From Candidatus Heimdallarchaeota archaeon (GTDB taxonomy: Archaea; Asgardarchaeota; Heimdallarchaeia; JABLTI01), in the NCBI GenBank assembly GCA_018238155.1, contig JABCTZ010000033.1:32001-96000 (forward strand): DNA of 64,000 bases. Reading direction: 5' to 3'. The notes under the pieces were generated by a model. It ran no database searches. It was not told the origin of the DNA and was given only the letters and a program-made list of their open reading frames with translations. The position numbers were made by a program, and so were the translations under genes. Below are positions 31,407 through 42,474 of the stretch, in pieces (positions within the stretch are counted from its first letter, which is position 1; each line of letters opens with the position of its first letter).

Positions 31407-31725
31407 AGCAAGATACAAAATAATTAAAAAATACAAGCAGTATCTTGAACCAATTAAAAAGGCTTGCCTTGAATTTTTTCCTAAATCGAAAGTTTATCTT
31501 TTCGGTAGTGCCCTTAGAGGAGAGCTTGTAGCTGCTAGTGATATCGATATTTTAATTGTTGTAAAAAAAGAGTTTACAAATCAAAGGGAAAGAGCAACAA
31601 TAATCATTGGTATTGAAGATAAAGTTAGTTTACCATTTGTTCATCCATTTGAATTTCATTTAATATCACAAAGAGAATATGTGAAATTTATTAACATCAC
31701 AAATACTCAATTAGAAGAAATCTAA
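31381..31725 (+). CDS. Minimal nucleotidyltransferase (MNT)
   Basis: YLFGSALRGELVAASDIDILIV, PFEFH. Confidence 0.93.
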   Translation: MLKIFEIGKARYKIIKKYKQYLEPIKKACLEFFPKSKVYLFGSALRGELVAASDIDILIVVKKEFTNQRERATIIIGIEDKVSLPFVHPFEFHLISQREYVKFINITNTQLEEI

Positions 31726-31911
31726 TTTCTTCATTCAAATCGAAGAAGAAGGAATATAAACGAATTTTTTACTTCATTTTGGTTTTGTTATAACAACTAG
31801 ATGATTAATATATCATTTAGAATCAACAATAAGTGAACTTTTGAAAAACGAGAAGAGTTTGTTGAAGGATTGATAAAACACAAAAAAAGAAGAAGAAAGG
31901 TTGTTTTTGCT

Positions 31912-33837
31912 TTACCAACCTACTTTTCGTTTCTGCAAAGATTGAGCGAAACCTGCTAAGTCTTTCATACTGGGAGCACTTGTTGTAGCATTCGCAGAAT
32001 AAGTTTCAACCCTATTTTGTTTTAATGAAAACAATAAGCCTTCGAGTTTAATTGCGCCAAGGCGATCTAATAAAGTGCTTTCTTTTCCATCTACTAACTT
32101 ATCATAGGAGCTATCTATATTCTTGTGCTCTTCTTTAATTACTTTAGCTAACAATTTGTAGCCCTTTTCTTCTGAAATTTGTTGTGCTTTCTCAAATAAT
32201 TTCTTAGCAACAGTTAAATCAGGTTTTAGTAATGCTAATTTTCCTCTGAGCAAATAAGTTTTAGCAAGTAATGAAAAAGCATTTTGTGCTTCACCAATAT
32301 CCACCAGCTTCTTTGTAAGCAAATCTAGTTCATCGAGAATATTTTCATTGCCCAATATCCTCATTTCAATGATTAATAATTCACATAAATTGAAAATGCC
32401 CTCAACGATTCGTTCATAATCGATAACTTCACCTTCAATAATTTCACTGATTAAATCTTTAGCTTTAACAAATCGTCCCAAAGTAGTATGTAAAGATTCA
32501 AATGATAATTCATCAGAAGTATTTTGTTCTGTTTGTAAAACAAATGCTTGTGCTAATTTATTACACATAATGACATATTTATTTTCTTCTTTCTTAGCGA
32601 TATCATCTAGCTTGACCAAGTTTTCCTTGGCTTGTTTCATTGAATTAATTTCTAATGAGACCCTTATTAACTGGTAAAGACCTTGACTTGTTGTAATATT
32701 ATTATTGTTTTTCTCTGAATACTTGACACTTTTTTCATAGAATTGTTTTGCTTTTCCAAAGTCCATTTTAGTGAAATAAACTTCCCCTAAGGCCATGAAT
32801 ACCTGTCCAAGTTTTTGAGGATTATCAAAGCCTTCAAAAATTTTCTTAGCTTTATTTATGTTTTCAAGAGAGGAATCTAATTCACCTTTTCTCTGGTAGT
32901 ATTTTCCAAAATTAATGTACATCATACCAGTTAACATCTCGTTTTTCAATTCTATATAATATGGTAAAGCTTTTTGGTAATATTCAAAAGAAAGATCAAG
33001 TTCACCTTTTTGATGGTAAAGATAACCTATATTATTTAATTGTTTGACAATGTTTTCTTTGTTATCAGTTTTTAAAATTAATTCAAGACCCTTTGTGAAA
33101 AATTCGAGTGCTCGATCTAGGTCCCCATTCGTTGCATAGACTATTCCTGTATTATGTAAGACATTGCTGTGAGCAATAACATTGCCTGTTTTTTCCCATA
33201 CTTGTATCGTTTTGTTAAAACACTTCAATGCTTCAGCAGTGTTTCCTGAGAAGTTGTAAGTATTGCCTAGATGATTATATACACTACCGATTAAAGAATC
33301 TTCATTGAGAGTTTTAGCAATTTCTAGTCCATCCAAGAGAATTTTAATTGCTTGTTTAAGTTTTCCTTCTTTTTCAGCTAAACGCCTTCCTTTTATTAAA
33401 GAAATTCTTACTTGAATCTGAGCTTTTTGTGTCGTATTTAATTTTCGCTCAATTACTAATGCTTTTTCTAAGGAGCTTAATTGTTTAAAGCCATCTTTAC
33501 TTGAGCTTGAGCCAAGTTTCATTGAAGTTTGTAATATTTTAGCATTATAATAGTGGTAAATCAGACCTGCGGCTTTACTTTGTGAAATAATCGACTTGGC
33601 GATATCTATATTATCTTTATTACGACCTCTCATACTATTAATTTTAGTTAATAATAATAAAAGGTCAAGTTTTTTTTCAATGTTAAAATTAAATGTTTTC
33701 AAATTCGATTCAGTGTACTCTTGTGCTTCAACAAGAAGACCTCTTCTTAACAAATCATTACTTTTATCTAAAATGTTCTGTTCTGTAATCAAAACCAATA
33801 CCAACAGTATTTTTATCGGATTTTTATCTCTAAACAA
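31912..33837 (-). CDS. Tetratricopeptide repeat protein
   Basis: Repeated (Y/L)NxLGxxYxxxGxxDxALxxFxKA TPR units. Confidence 0.92.
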   Translation of the reverse strand: MFRDKNPIKILLVLVLITEQNILDKSNDLLRRGLLVEAQEYTESNLKTFNFNIEKKLDLLLLLTKINSMRGRNKDNIDIAKSIISQSKAAGLIYHYYNAKILQTSMKLGSSSSKDGFKQLSSLEKALVIERKLNTTQKAQIQVRISLIKGRRLAEKEGKLKQAIKILLDGLEIAKTLNEDSLIGSVYNHLGNTYNFSGNTAEALKCFNKTIQVWEKTGNVIAHSNVLHNTGIVYATNGDLDRALEFFTKGLELILKTDNKENIVKQLNNIGYLYHQKGELDLSFEYYQKALPYYIELKNEMLTGMMYINFGKYYQRKGELDSSLENINKAKKIFEGFDNPQKLGQVFMALGEVYFTKMDFGKAKQFYEKSVKYSEKNNNNITTSQGLYQLIRVSLEINSMKQAKENLVKLDDIAKKEENKYVIMCNKLAQAFVLQTEQNTSDELSFESLHTTLGRFVKAKDLISEIIEGEVIDYERIVEGIFNLCELLIIEMRILGNENILDELDLLTKKLVDIGEAQNAFSLLAKTYLLRGKLALLKPDLTVAKKLFEKAQQISEEKGYKLLAKVIKEEHKNIDSSYDKLVDGKESTLLDRLGAIKLEGLLFSLKQNRVETYSANATTSAPSMKDLAGFAQSLQKRKVGW

Positions 33838-34220
33838 AATAGCTGTCTTTCTATTTAAAGAAATTTAATGAGGATAATCTGTAGAGAAATTGATTTCTTA
33901 GTTTTTCACTTAATTTTCGCAAAATAATAAGAAGAAATGACAGAGATTTTGTCGAATTAACGTATAAAAAATAAAAGAAATTTTAGTCATAGAGCAAATT
34001 TAAAAGTAGCTTTGTAAATAATAGCTGCTTTTATGTTATTCTCAATAAAAAATCCAATTATCACTATTAGACAATTTTTCTAATTCCTCGTTCATTTCTT
34101 TAATTAGTAATTTTTGGTTTGAAATGTTAAATTGTACTTGATTAACAACGTTTTCCGGAGCATTTTCTAAGAGATCTTTTGTGGGCTTTTTCATCAATTT
34201 TTGGAGTGAATCCTCAAGCA

Positions 34221-34823
34221 TTACTTGTTGCCTTTTGCTAATTGTCTTTCACGTTTTTGTTTTTCTAGGAATTCAGGTGTAAGATAATCCCAGTTATTTT
34301 CTCGATTTAGCATTATTTCTTTCAGTTGCTCAAAGGAGACTAATTTGTAATCATTCGCTTCTAAGCAAACATTATAACGTTTCCCAAGTATCTCTTTGTT
34401 AGTATCACTATGATGATGACCATATAATTGCCAGGTGTTGTGATGAGACGCACTAAATGTGTGCATTGGGTAATGGCAAAGTGTTATCTTTTCACCTTCA
34501 AGATTAATTGTCCTCAAAGGTGAAATTGATTTACAATGTTGTTCTAAAACATTTTGAATCTTATAGTCGTGGTTCCCAAGTATACAGTGAAATATTGTTG
34601 TTTCTGTAATCTGTTCTAACAGTTCAACAATTTTGGAAAATTGAGATTTACTACTAAAAGCAAAGTCACCGAGGAAGTAAACTGTATCACCCTTCTTCAC
34701 TGTAGCAAAGAACATATCAAGGATGGCTTTGTTCATCTCTAAGACATTGTTAAATGGACGTTTAGCATATTTGATAATATTCGAGTGCCTTAAGTGCCAA
34801 TCAGAGGTAAAATATGTTGGCAT
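34221..34823 (-). CDS. Calcineurin-like metallophosphoesterase (phage-associated COG4186-like type)
   Basis: TSDWH, LGDF, GNHD, LCHYP, LYGHHH. Confidence 0.92.
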   Translation of the reverse strand: MPTYFTSDWHLRHSNIIKYAKRPFNNVLEMNKAILDMFFATVKKGDTVYFLGDFAFSSKSQFSKIVELLEQITETTIFHCILGNHDYKIQNVLEQHCKSISPLRTINLEGEKITLCHYPMHTFSASHHNTWQLYGHHHSDTNKEILGKRYNVCLEANDYKLVSFEQLKEIMLNRENNWDYLTPEFLEKQKRERQLAKGNK

Positions 34824-35003
34824 TCTTTAATTCTCCATCAATAAATATATCTCTATTTTCATTTCGAAAATTGATAACTAAAATATAAATGAGTTTCTAT
34901 AAGAAAAAGACAGTTAAAATTACATAACTATCCATATGAATCTCCAGCTTATTTGGATAGGTTTCTCAAAAAAATTACTAATGGTTGTTATGTAATGGGT
35001 TGT

Positions 35004-35080
35004 TTATTCAATCCCATAATAATATCCTTTCTGTTTCTGATAACAAATATTACACTTACACATTGTCCATATCTGAATTT
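35004..35080 (-). pseudogene. PLD-family gene fragment A (extreme C-terminus)
   Basis: QIWTMCKCNICYQKQKGYYYGIE* vs intact EIWKGKHCENCYQKNKGYCQGIEI*. Confidence 0.75.
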
Positions 35081-35222
35081 GTTGATAGTTCGGCTATATT
35101 CAACATAATCCAGTATCATCTGCTATTTTGATTTTTTCAAAAAAAATCTAAACTCATTAACTGAAATCTTTATTAAACAAGTATAATTCCATTCAAATAG
35201 TAATTATTGAGGTGTTTATTCA

Positions 35223-35402
35223 ATGTCAAATGTTATCCAACGTAATTTTACTGAAAACATGAAATGCCCTATTTGTAATAAAGCGATATCAAGTTTACTT
35301 GAAATATGGAGCACAAGAGAAAGCAAAAAAGCTAATATTGGTGTATCAATAGTTTTTCTATGTCCAAAGTGTAGATCAATCCTAAAAATCGCACGACCTT
35401 AA
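35223..35402 (+). CDS. 59-aa Zn-ribbon protein (not in the ORF track)
   Basis: MSNVIQRNFTENMKCPICNK...FLCPKCRSILKIARP*; GAGGTG RBS upstream. Confidence 0.8.
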   Translation: MSNVIQRNFTENMKCPICNKAISSLLEIWSTRESKKANIGVSIVFLCPKCRSILKIARP

Positions 35403-35629
35403 AAAACGTTAATTGTACTTCAATTAAAACACAATTACTTTTTTAATTGCTAAATAATATAATGACATTTTCAATTGTATCTATTTTTGAGAGAGGATAT
35501 TGACTTATTTTTGTATGGATGAAAATAAGAATCGAATAGCCATAAAATATCCTTATTTTATTGATGATTTAGTAATAATTGGAAATCATTTCATTAAATG
35601 TTATAAATAGAATAAGTTTAGGGCTTTGT

Positions 35630-35915
35630 CAAATTAAATTCTTTTGCAATAGCCTTTTGTTTTTGATAGCAACCTTTACACTCATTCCCATTCCAAATCT
35701 GCTCCAACTGATATTCAATAGCAGCAATTACTTTCTGATCAATAGTTATTGTTCCTATCTCGAAATTATTCTTGCCTTTACGAGTTCTTGTACCTATCCC
35801 CGCACCTGTTAGATTTGCTGAAGTAAACCTAAGTTCCATCTACTATGATGGTTTTTATATGCATCTCATAGCAAAATTTGAATTCATTTTTTACAATATT
35901 TTTTCATTTTTGATT
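35630..35915 (-). pseudogene. PLD-family gene fragment B (C-terminal half)
   Basis: EFKFCYEMHIKTIIVDGT*VY/SANLTGAGIGTRTRKGKNNFEIGTITID...IWNGNECKGCYQKQK, with a stop and frameshifts. Confidence 0.92.
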
Positions 35916-36084
35916 TATTATTCTTTAAACTAATGCAAAGAGAGTTAGCAAAATGAATAAAACTCTTGAAGGTTTATTCATTAAATAACATTACAAGCTG
36001 TTTTTTTTATGAAGGGTAAACATATGAAGACTTACTGCCATGATAAAATTTAACGAAAATAAAGATTCAAACATTTAAAGGAAT

Positions 36085-36470
36085 AATGATCTTGTTAATT
36101 CTTTTGATGTTGAAGTATAAGATTTAATGAAGCATTTCAAAGGGAAAAGTAGAATGTTTGGTGTTTTAGTAGTAAATGAAATATCTTTTCATGTAGAAAT
36201 AAGTGAAGTCTTTGGACTTTAAGGAACTAATGGAGAAGGAAAAACAACTACCATTAGAATTTTTACTGGTACACTTTCGCCAATAGAAGGCACAGCTACT
36301 GTTGGTGGATTTGATTTAAAATATGATATTCAAATGATTAGTGTTTGTCCACAAGAATCTGCTAAATACAAATTTCTTTCAGGTATTGGGAATATCAAAT
36401 TCTTCGGAAACTTGCATCTGATGCCAAAAGATCAGATAATCGAACGTGGAGAAGAGCTAAAGCAATTTAT
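36085..36470 (+). pseudogene. ABC-2 type ATP-binding protein remnant
   Basis: VNEISFHVEISEVFGL*GTNGEGKTTTIRIFTGTLSP...VCPQE; in-frame stop, truncated before the signature motif. Confidence 0.85.
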
Positions 36471-36691
36471 AGGTAACCAATAATTTTTAAAATATTCAGC
36501 TAAAGGCTTTTTTTTCTCTTTTACAGCATTCGAAAAATAGCAGTAAGATTATTTTTTACCGTTAAATACTGTTATGTTTATATATATTGTTAGTCCTAAA
36601 TGCTTGTCAAAAAAAAATAACGAAAATGAAGTTTATGTGGAATAGAAAATTCTCATTTTTCTGAAGCTTTTTTGATTGAGGAGATTTACAT

Positions 36692-39331
36692 TTGAAAAAT
36701 AAAAAGTTGACGTTAACAGTCATTGCTATTTTCTTCATAACAATGGTTTTTCTAAGTAGACCAAATAACCTGTATTTGGTAGATGGACGGGAGCAACAAA
36801 GCACCTATATAACACAAGATAACATCGTTTTACCTGCTGCTCCACAATTCATATATGATGTTGAAAGTACAATAGACGAGCTGCTTGGTAGTAGTAATTA
36901 TGTTTTTGTTGTTGGAGACTTAGCATATGTTAGCTCAAAAACATTCAGTAGTGGAGACTTTGATGGGTTGGTTATTTATAATGTGAGTGAACCAACTGAC
37001 CCAGTAATATTGAGTACTTTTGCTATGACATATATAGAAGAAATATGGGTGGAAGGAGATTATGTTTATGTTGCAGGATACCACGATGGATTAATCATTA
37101 TAGATGTGTCAGACCCAACTACTCCAACTCAAATAGCAAATTTAGATGATCCAGGAGTAAATGAAGGAATATATGTAGTTGGAAACTTTGCTTATTTGAC
37201 TGATTATTATTTCGGATTAGATATTTTTGATATTAGTACACCAACGAGTCCAGTAAAAGTAGGGCAATACTTGAATGATAATAAAACATCGGCTGTTTTT
37301 GTTGCAGGAAATTATGCTTATATAGAAAATGGCACAAATCATATTGAAATAATTGACATTAGCACTCCAGCAACACCAGTCAGAGTAGGGGTTTGGACAG
37401 ATAATAATGTCGGCTCTATAAATGATATATTTGTATCAGGAAACTATGCTTATATAGCAGATTGGGATTATGGATTGACAATTCTTGATATCAGCACCCC
37501 TTCAAATCCAACAAAAGTAAGACAAGTTTCAAATGGTAATAATAGAAATGGGGTAGGAGTATATGTCTTTGGTAACTACTTATTTGTTGTAGATGGAGGA
37601 TTAAAGGTATTTGAGATTTCAGACCCAGAAAATCCAGTAGAAGTTGTAGATGAAAGTATTGGCGCAGGAAGTAAAATATTTGTAAAAGAATTATATGCGT
37701 ACATAGTTAGAAAACATTCAGGTCTCTCTGTTATAAGATATGGTTATGATGGAGATGGGGATGAGCTAACTGATTTCGAAGAAACGAATATCTACGGAAC
37801 AGGAATTGCAGATGATGACTCTGATGATGATAACGTTTATGATGGAATTGAAGTTCACACTTATGGATCAGATCCATTGGATGTGGATACGGATGACGAT
37901 GGGCTTTCTGATTATGACGAAATAGTAACATATAACACAAATCCAACATTGGCTGACACAGATGATGACGGTCTTCAAGACGGAGAAGAAGTAATATTAG
38001 GTACAGATGGTTTCATCACTGATCCAAACGATTCCGATAGCGAGGATGATGGACTTAACGATGGAGATGAATATTCAGCAGGATCAAACCCACTTATCTC
38101 CGATTCCGACGCAGATGGACTTTCAGATGGGGATGAAGTTCATAATTATTTTACAGATCCAAATATATCAGATGCTGGACTTGATTCAGATTCAGATGGC
38201 TTGACAAATGTGGAGGAAGTGGATTCCTATTCTACTGATCCGTTAGACAATGATTCCGATGACGATGGGCTTTTAGATGGGGCAGAAGTTAATACTCACA
38301 ATTCTGACCCAAATGACACAGACAGCGATGATGATTCTATTTTAGACCAAGAAGAAGTTACAGTTGGTGCAGATGGTTTTATCACTGATCCGAACAACTC
38401 AGATACTGATCAAGATGGAATAGATGATTCTGATGAAATTGTCACTTACTCTACAGATCCAACTGATGAGGATAGTGATGATGACGGTCTTCAAGATGGA
38501 GAAGAAGTAATATTAGGTACAGATGGTTTCATTACTGATCCAAACGATTCCGATTGCGATGATGATGGACTTAACGATGGAGATGAAGCTGCAAATAATA
38601 GTAATCCATATGTTTCTGATTCCGATTTTGATGGTTTGAGTGATTACGATGAGGTATACACTCATCATACTTTGCCAGATGTCTTTGACTCCGATGCAGA
38701 TTTGCTTAGTGATTATGATGAAGTTAATACCTATCTCACAGATCCTATGGATAACGATACCGATGACGATGGACTTCTAGATGGGTTTGAGGTTGCGTTA
38801 GGTATCAATCCTCTTGATAACGATCATGATGATGATGGTTTGATAGATGGTGATGAGCAAGCAAATGGTTCTGACTATTTTGATCCTGACACCGATGACG
38901 ATGGTCTGTTAGACGGGGAAGAAGTTCACATATATCATACTTTTCCAACACTCGCTGATTCTGACATGGATGGTTTAGATGATTTTGAAGAGGTAAACCT
39001 TGGTATTGATGGCTACATAACAGATCCACTAGATATCGATTCTGATGATGACGGCATATCTGATTTAGAAGAAGTAACTGTTGGAGATGATGGGTTTCTC
39101 ACTAATCCAAATAATGCCGATACCGATGGAGACTCTTACAACGATGGTTATGAGGTTTATATTGGTACGGACCCAACCGATCCACTTGATTATCCTTATA
39201 CTCCTACTTCAACATCCACTCCTTCTCCAACAAATGAAGGTTCGCTAATAGGTGGAATTGTGGGCTGTTTAAGTATTCTATTCTCATCTTTAGCTCTGAT
39301 TCAATTTTTAACAAAAAGAAGAAAAGTTTGA
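36692..39331 (+). CDS. Anchored surface protein: LVIVD beta-propeller plus about 20 Ca-binding DxDxDGLxDxxE/TDP repeats plus C-terminal TM
   Basis: VxGNYAYIAD...GLxIxDIS.P repeats; DTDDDGLxDGEE repeats; TP linker, TM, KRRK. Confidence 0.92.
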   Translation: MKNKKLTLTVIAIFFITMVFLSRPNNLYLVDGREQQSTYITQDNIVLPAAPQFIYDVESTIDELLGSSNYVFVVGDLAYVSSKTFSSGDFDGLVIYNVSEPTDPVILSTFAMTYIEEIWVEGDYVYVAGYHDGLIIIDVSDPTTPTQIANLDDPGVNEGIYVVGNFAYLTDYYFGLDIFDISTPTSPVKVGQYLNDNKTSAVFVAGNYAYIENGTNHIEIIDISTPATPVRVGVWTDNNVGSINDIFVSGNYAYIADWDYGLTILDISTPSNPTKVRQVSNGNNRNGVGVYVFGNYLFVVDGGLKVFEISDPENPVEVVDESIGAGSKIFVKELYAYIVRKHSGLSVIRYGYDGDGDELTDFEETNIYGTGIADDDSDDDNVYDGIEVHTYGSDPLDVDTDDDGLSDYDEIVTYNTNPTLADTDDDGLQDGEEVILGTDGFITDPNDSDSEDDGLNDGDEYSAGSNPLISDSDADGLSDGDEVHNYFTDPNISDAGLDSDSDGLTNVEEVDSYSTDPLDNDSDDDGLLDGAEVNTHNSDPNDTDSDDDSILDQEEVTVGADGFITDPNNSDTDQDGIDDSDEIVTYSTDPTDEDSDDDGLQDGEEVILGTDGFITDPNDSDCDDDGLNDGDEAANNSNPYVSDSDFDGLSDYDEVYTHHTLPDVFDSDADLLSDYDEVNTYLTDPMDNDTDDDGLLDGFEVALGINPLDNDHDDDGLIDGDEQANGSDYFDPDTDDDGLLDGEEVHIYHTFPTLADSDMDGLDDFEEVNLGIDGYITDPLDIDSDDDGISDLEEVTVGDDGFLTNPNNADTDGDSYNDGYEVYIGTDPTDPLDYPYTPTSTSTPSPTNEGSLIGGIVGCLSILFSSLALIQFLTKRRKV
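37961..38587 (+). repeat. Intragenic 111-bp direct repeat (37961-38071 and 38477-38587)
   Basis: 4 mismatches, offset 516 nt (in frame). Confidence 0.9.
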
Positions 39332-39591
39332 GATCAACTCTCATCTTTTCTATTCTGTTTTTTCTATCCTTCCAACTTTCGTATTAATATAGTTTAAAGC
39401 TTATTTGAATGAATTAGCAGGATAAAGTACAACTTTGGTTTTCATGATTTCATGCAATCCTTTTGTTATAATACTTAGTCAGATGTTCTAGCAAGTCAAT
39501 ATAACCAGCGCGATTATTTTTTTTGCTGTTTTCCAAACACATTTTTTATATACCTATGTTGGTAATTGAATGGTAGTAAGGTAGTATTCCA

Positions 39592-39808
39592 ATGACTAAT
39601 CTATCCCATAAAAGAAAGAGTATTAAGACTAAAGAATTTGTCTGCAAGCGAATCCATGTAATTACAAGCAAATTTAATTGATGATTTAGTTCGAATTTAC
39701 TTAGCATCTCTAATAAGAGAATATTCAAATGCTACTTTTGATGAGCTTATTCAATATGGTCATGAAGAAACTCATTATAAAAAACGAAGGAGAGAATATC
39801 GTGTTTAG
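39592..39808 (+). pseudogene. Small helical antitoxin-like gene (MenA1/Rv0078B-like), disrupted
   Basis: IKERVLRLKNLSASESM*LQANLIDDLVRIYLASLIREYSNATFDEL...; frameshift and stop; overlaps the start of the NTase gene. Confidence 0.5.
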
Positions 39809-40370
39809 TTACAGACGTTTTCAAGAACTAGCAGAAATTGCAGTAACTTGTTTAGATGAAAGCATCATTGATTATGTTCTTGTGGGAGGTGCAACTATTG
39901 GTGTGTATGGCACTATTCGTTCATCCGAAGGTTTTGATTTCATGCTAGTATTAGAGAATACAGAAGAGAAGAAAATTAATACTTTTGTTGAATGTCTTCA
40001 AAGAAATGATCTTTCGCTTACGGTTAATGAGTTAATGAAAGGTTTAGAAAAAAAACTCTCATATCACAGTTTTTGATTTAAAGAATCCAATATTACGTTT
40101 AGATTTAAAACAAATTAGAACTAAACTCGATTATTCAACTTATGATTTACGAAGAGAAATTGATCTATTCGAAACAAGTAAAACATTTTGGATTACAGCA
40201 CCCGAATCATTAATCATAGTAAAACTCCTGCCAGGATTTAGATGATGTTAGAAGTATCCAACTAAGATCATCTGATTTATTAAATTGGTCTTTACTTGAA
40301 AAATTATCAATTTCTTTTGGTTCTGAAAAAATATTGAACAAAATCAGAAATGAATTTAATTCATATGTAA
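39801..40370 (+). pseudogene. Nucleotidyltransferase (MenT/AbiEii/DUF6036-like), frameshifted
   Basis: IDYVLVGGATIGVYGTIRSSEGFDF; after a frameshift in the A-run near 40050, ITAPESLIIVKL...DD. Confidence 0.75.
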
Positions 40371-40498
40371 ATAAATCTAGATTATTGTGAACACTGAGAA
40401 ATAATCAAATACTACTCAATGCCCTTTCGATATCCTTTCCATTTCGGATAGCTTTCATTGACTTGAAATCAAAATAGTATGTTTGCAAATAAGAAAAA

Positions 40499-40915
40499 TC
40501 AGCACTCTCTATTTAGTATGCCATCAAATTCTGAATCAAAACTGGCAATTGAATCTATTTCAAATGATTGAGCTACAGCTATTAACAAACAATCAACAAA
40601 ACTCAAAGGTCTTTTTTGTGTTGCATATTTTTGAAATAATAACCATGCATTATCTATGTCTTCTTTCTTTATAATTAATGGTTGTACTAAAGCTGCTTCT
40701 ACAGAATAAATTAGATCCCAAGCTTTTGCCACTACATCCATTCTTCTTGTTTTCTTAAATAAGAAAGTTGCAGCCTCTGTAAAAACTTCTGATATTGAAT
40801 ATCTGTTTCCATATTTTCCTGAAAGGAGCTTAACAACTATTTCTTTTGCACGTTGATGATTCTTATCTCTCTTATTCAGAAACGCAACAAAAACATTGGT
40901 ATCAACTAAAATCAA
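40499..40915 (-). CDS. vapC: PIN-domain VapC-type toxin
   Basis: LVDTNVF, TEA, LSFVDC, SFDSEFD. Confidence 0.93.
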   Translation of the reverse strand: MILVDTNVFVAFLNKRDKNHQRAKEIVVKLLSGKYGNRYSISEVFTEAATFLFKKTRRMDVVAKAWDLIYSVEAALVQPLIIKKEDIDNAWLLFQKYATQKRPLSFVDCLLIAVAQSFEIDSIASFDSEFDGILNREC

Positions 40916-41197
40916 CTATTCAGCTCCATACAAAACTTCATCGACCTCTTCAGATAAAGATTCTGTTCCTTCTCCAAGATCTAAAATATATTTCTTTTCC
41001 AAGGAACTTATCTCTTCTTTATCCCACACTCTGCTTGCTTTTTGAAGAACAGCTATAAATTCATCTAGCTTCTCATCAGAAAACTGTACACAAAAACTAA
41101 GCAAATCTTGTTGGGTAAATTTCTTACCTGTTTTCAGCAAGATTTTAGCGGCTAGCTGATCTAACTTATTCTTATCAACAATTTTAACAGAAGACAT
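40916..41197 (-). CDS. Cognate VapB-like antitoxin
   Basis: ATG 41197 with GGTGGA RBS; ends SEEVDEVLYG, typical of archaeal VapB tails; abuts vapC. Confidence 0.8.
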   Translation of the reverse strand: MSSVKIVDKNKLDQLAAKILLKTGKKFTQQDLLSFCVQFSDEKLDEFIAVLQKASRVWDKEEISSLEKKYILDLGEGTESLSEEVDEVLYGAE

Positions 41198-41259
41198 AAT
41201 TCCACCAGGTATAAAAGTAGAAAAGTAGAATAAAAGTCTTACCATTTAAATATCCACTT

Positions 41260-41817
41260 TCATATTTCAATTCCTTGACAATATCCTTTATTTTTCTGAT
41301 AGCAATTTTCACAATGTTTCCCTTTCCAAATTTCTGCTAGTAGTTGCTCAATATTTTGAATTACTTGTTCATCAATCGTTATTGTTCCAATCTCAAAGTT
41401 ATTTCTTCCTTTTCTAGTTCTTGATCCTAAACCTGCGCCTGTTAGATTTGCAGAACCGAAGTAAAGCCATGTCGAGTCAATAAGAACAATTTTCATATGC
41501 AAATTGTAACAGAATTTGAACTCAATATTCTCGACATTTTTTAATTTTTGATAAAATTTCTTTTCTTTTTCTTTAGGTGCAAGAATGAACTTAATTTTTA
41601 TTCCTTGTTTTGCTAATTGATATATTCTCTGTGAGAATTGAAATGCTTCTTTTGTTTTTGGATTTGGAATCATAAAATCAGTTACTTTCGCACTAGCAAA
41701 CCAAATTCCTTTTTTTGCTTTCATAAATCCATTATGTACTATATACTCAAATGAATCTCCATCATTTCCATAGAACAAATAACCTTGATATTCAACTGAC
41801 AAATATAACACCATCAT
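41260..41817 (-). CDS. Single-HKD phospholipase D/Nuc-family protein with C-terminal CxxC...C motif (intact copy)
   Basis: HMKIVLID-x6-GSAN, NNFEIG, CENC...C. Confidence 0.92.
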   Translation of the reverse strand: MMVLYLSVEYQGYLFYGNDGDSFEYIVHNGFMKAKKGIWFASAKVTDFMIPNPKTKEAFQFSQRIYQLAKQGIKIKFILAPKEKEKKFYQKLKNVENIEFKFCYNLHMKIVLIDSTWLYFGSANLTGAGLGSRTRKGRNNFEIGTITIDEQVIQNIEQLLAEIWKGKHCENCYQKNKGYCQGIEI

Positions 41818-42110
41818 AATATTGTTAGAATTCCTATTTATACATCAGTATTTTACCATCTTTTTTCTCAGAAAAAATCAAATAATCATCCATCTTTCCT
41901 TTTTTATTTCCTTCTTTCTAACTTTTTTAGTAATTATGTTGATATTGATTTTAAAGCTAAGAAATTTTCAATCCTAACAAACAATAACTATCAATTATTT
42001 TGATGTTTTTATATGCAAAATTAGCTCCATTAAAGATAGATGTTTAGAAAAAGTTAACCTCGAAAATAACCTTTTTCTATTTTTTCAACGAATCGAGTTC
42101 TTCTTTATAT

Positions 42111-42356
42111 TTGCCAATATTTATTGCAATGATTACTAAATCAAATGCTCGAAGAACCAGTGGATATGTTATCGGAATTATTGTTCTTGGAGTAATAGCA
42201 GATTATTCACAGTTAGGTATCTATGTTATGTTAAGAGTTTCACTAATCTTCGCATCAATAGCTTTTATTTTTGCTATATTGCTCTATTTTATTAAAACTC
42301 CACCTATCGAACAAAATAAGATGGAAAATACTGATCCGGTTAAGAAGATAATTTGA
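42111..42356 (+). pseudogene. Probable C-terminal MFS remnant (last two TM)
   Basis: GYVIGIIVLGVIAD followed by a final TM; no upstream continuation. Confidence 0.4.
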
Positions 42357-42474
42357 TCAAACATTTTAAGTGTTTTTGTAACCAATTATAATCTTTGTAT
42401 TTATTTACCAATCTGCTTATTTCAAAAGCATTTAATAACTAAAGAGCTAATTACAGCTTGTTTCTGGAGTTTAT

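Noticed and set aside
34221-34823. Phage-type phosphoesterase as evidence of a provirus
   Set aside because: No capsid, terminase, integrase or replication genes nearby.
37750-39200. Regular repeats as a CRISPR array
   Set aside because: They are in-frame, degenerate protein repeats with no unique spacers, and there are no cas genes.
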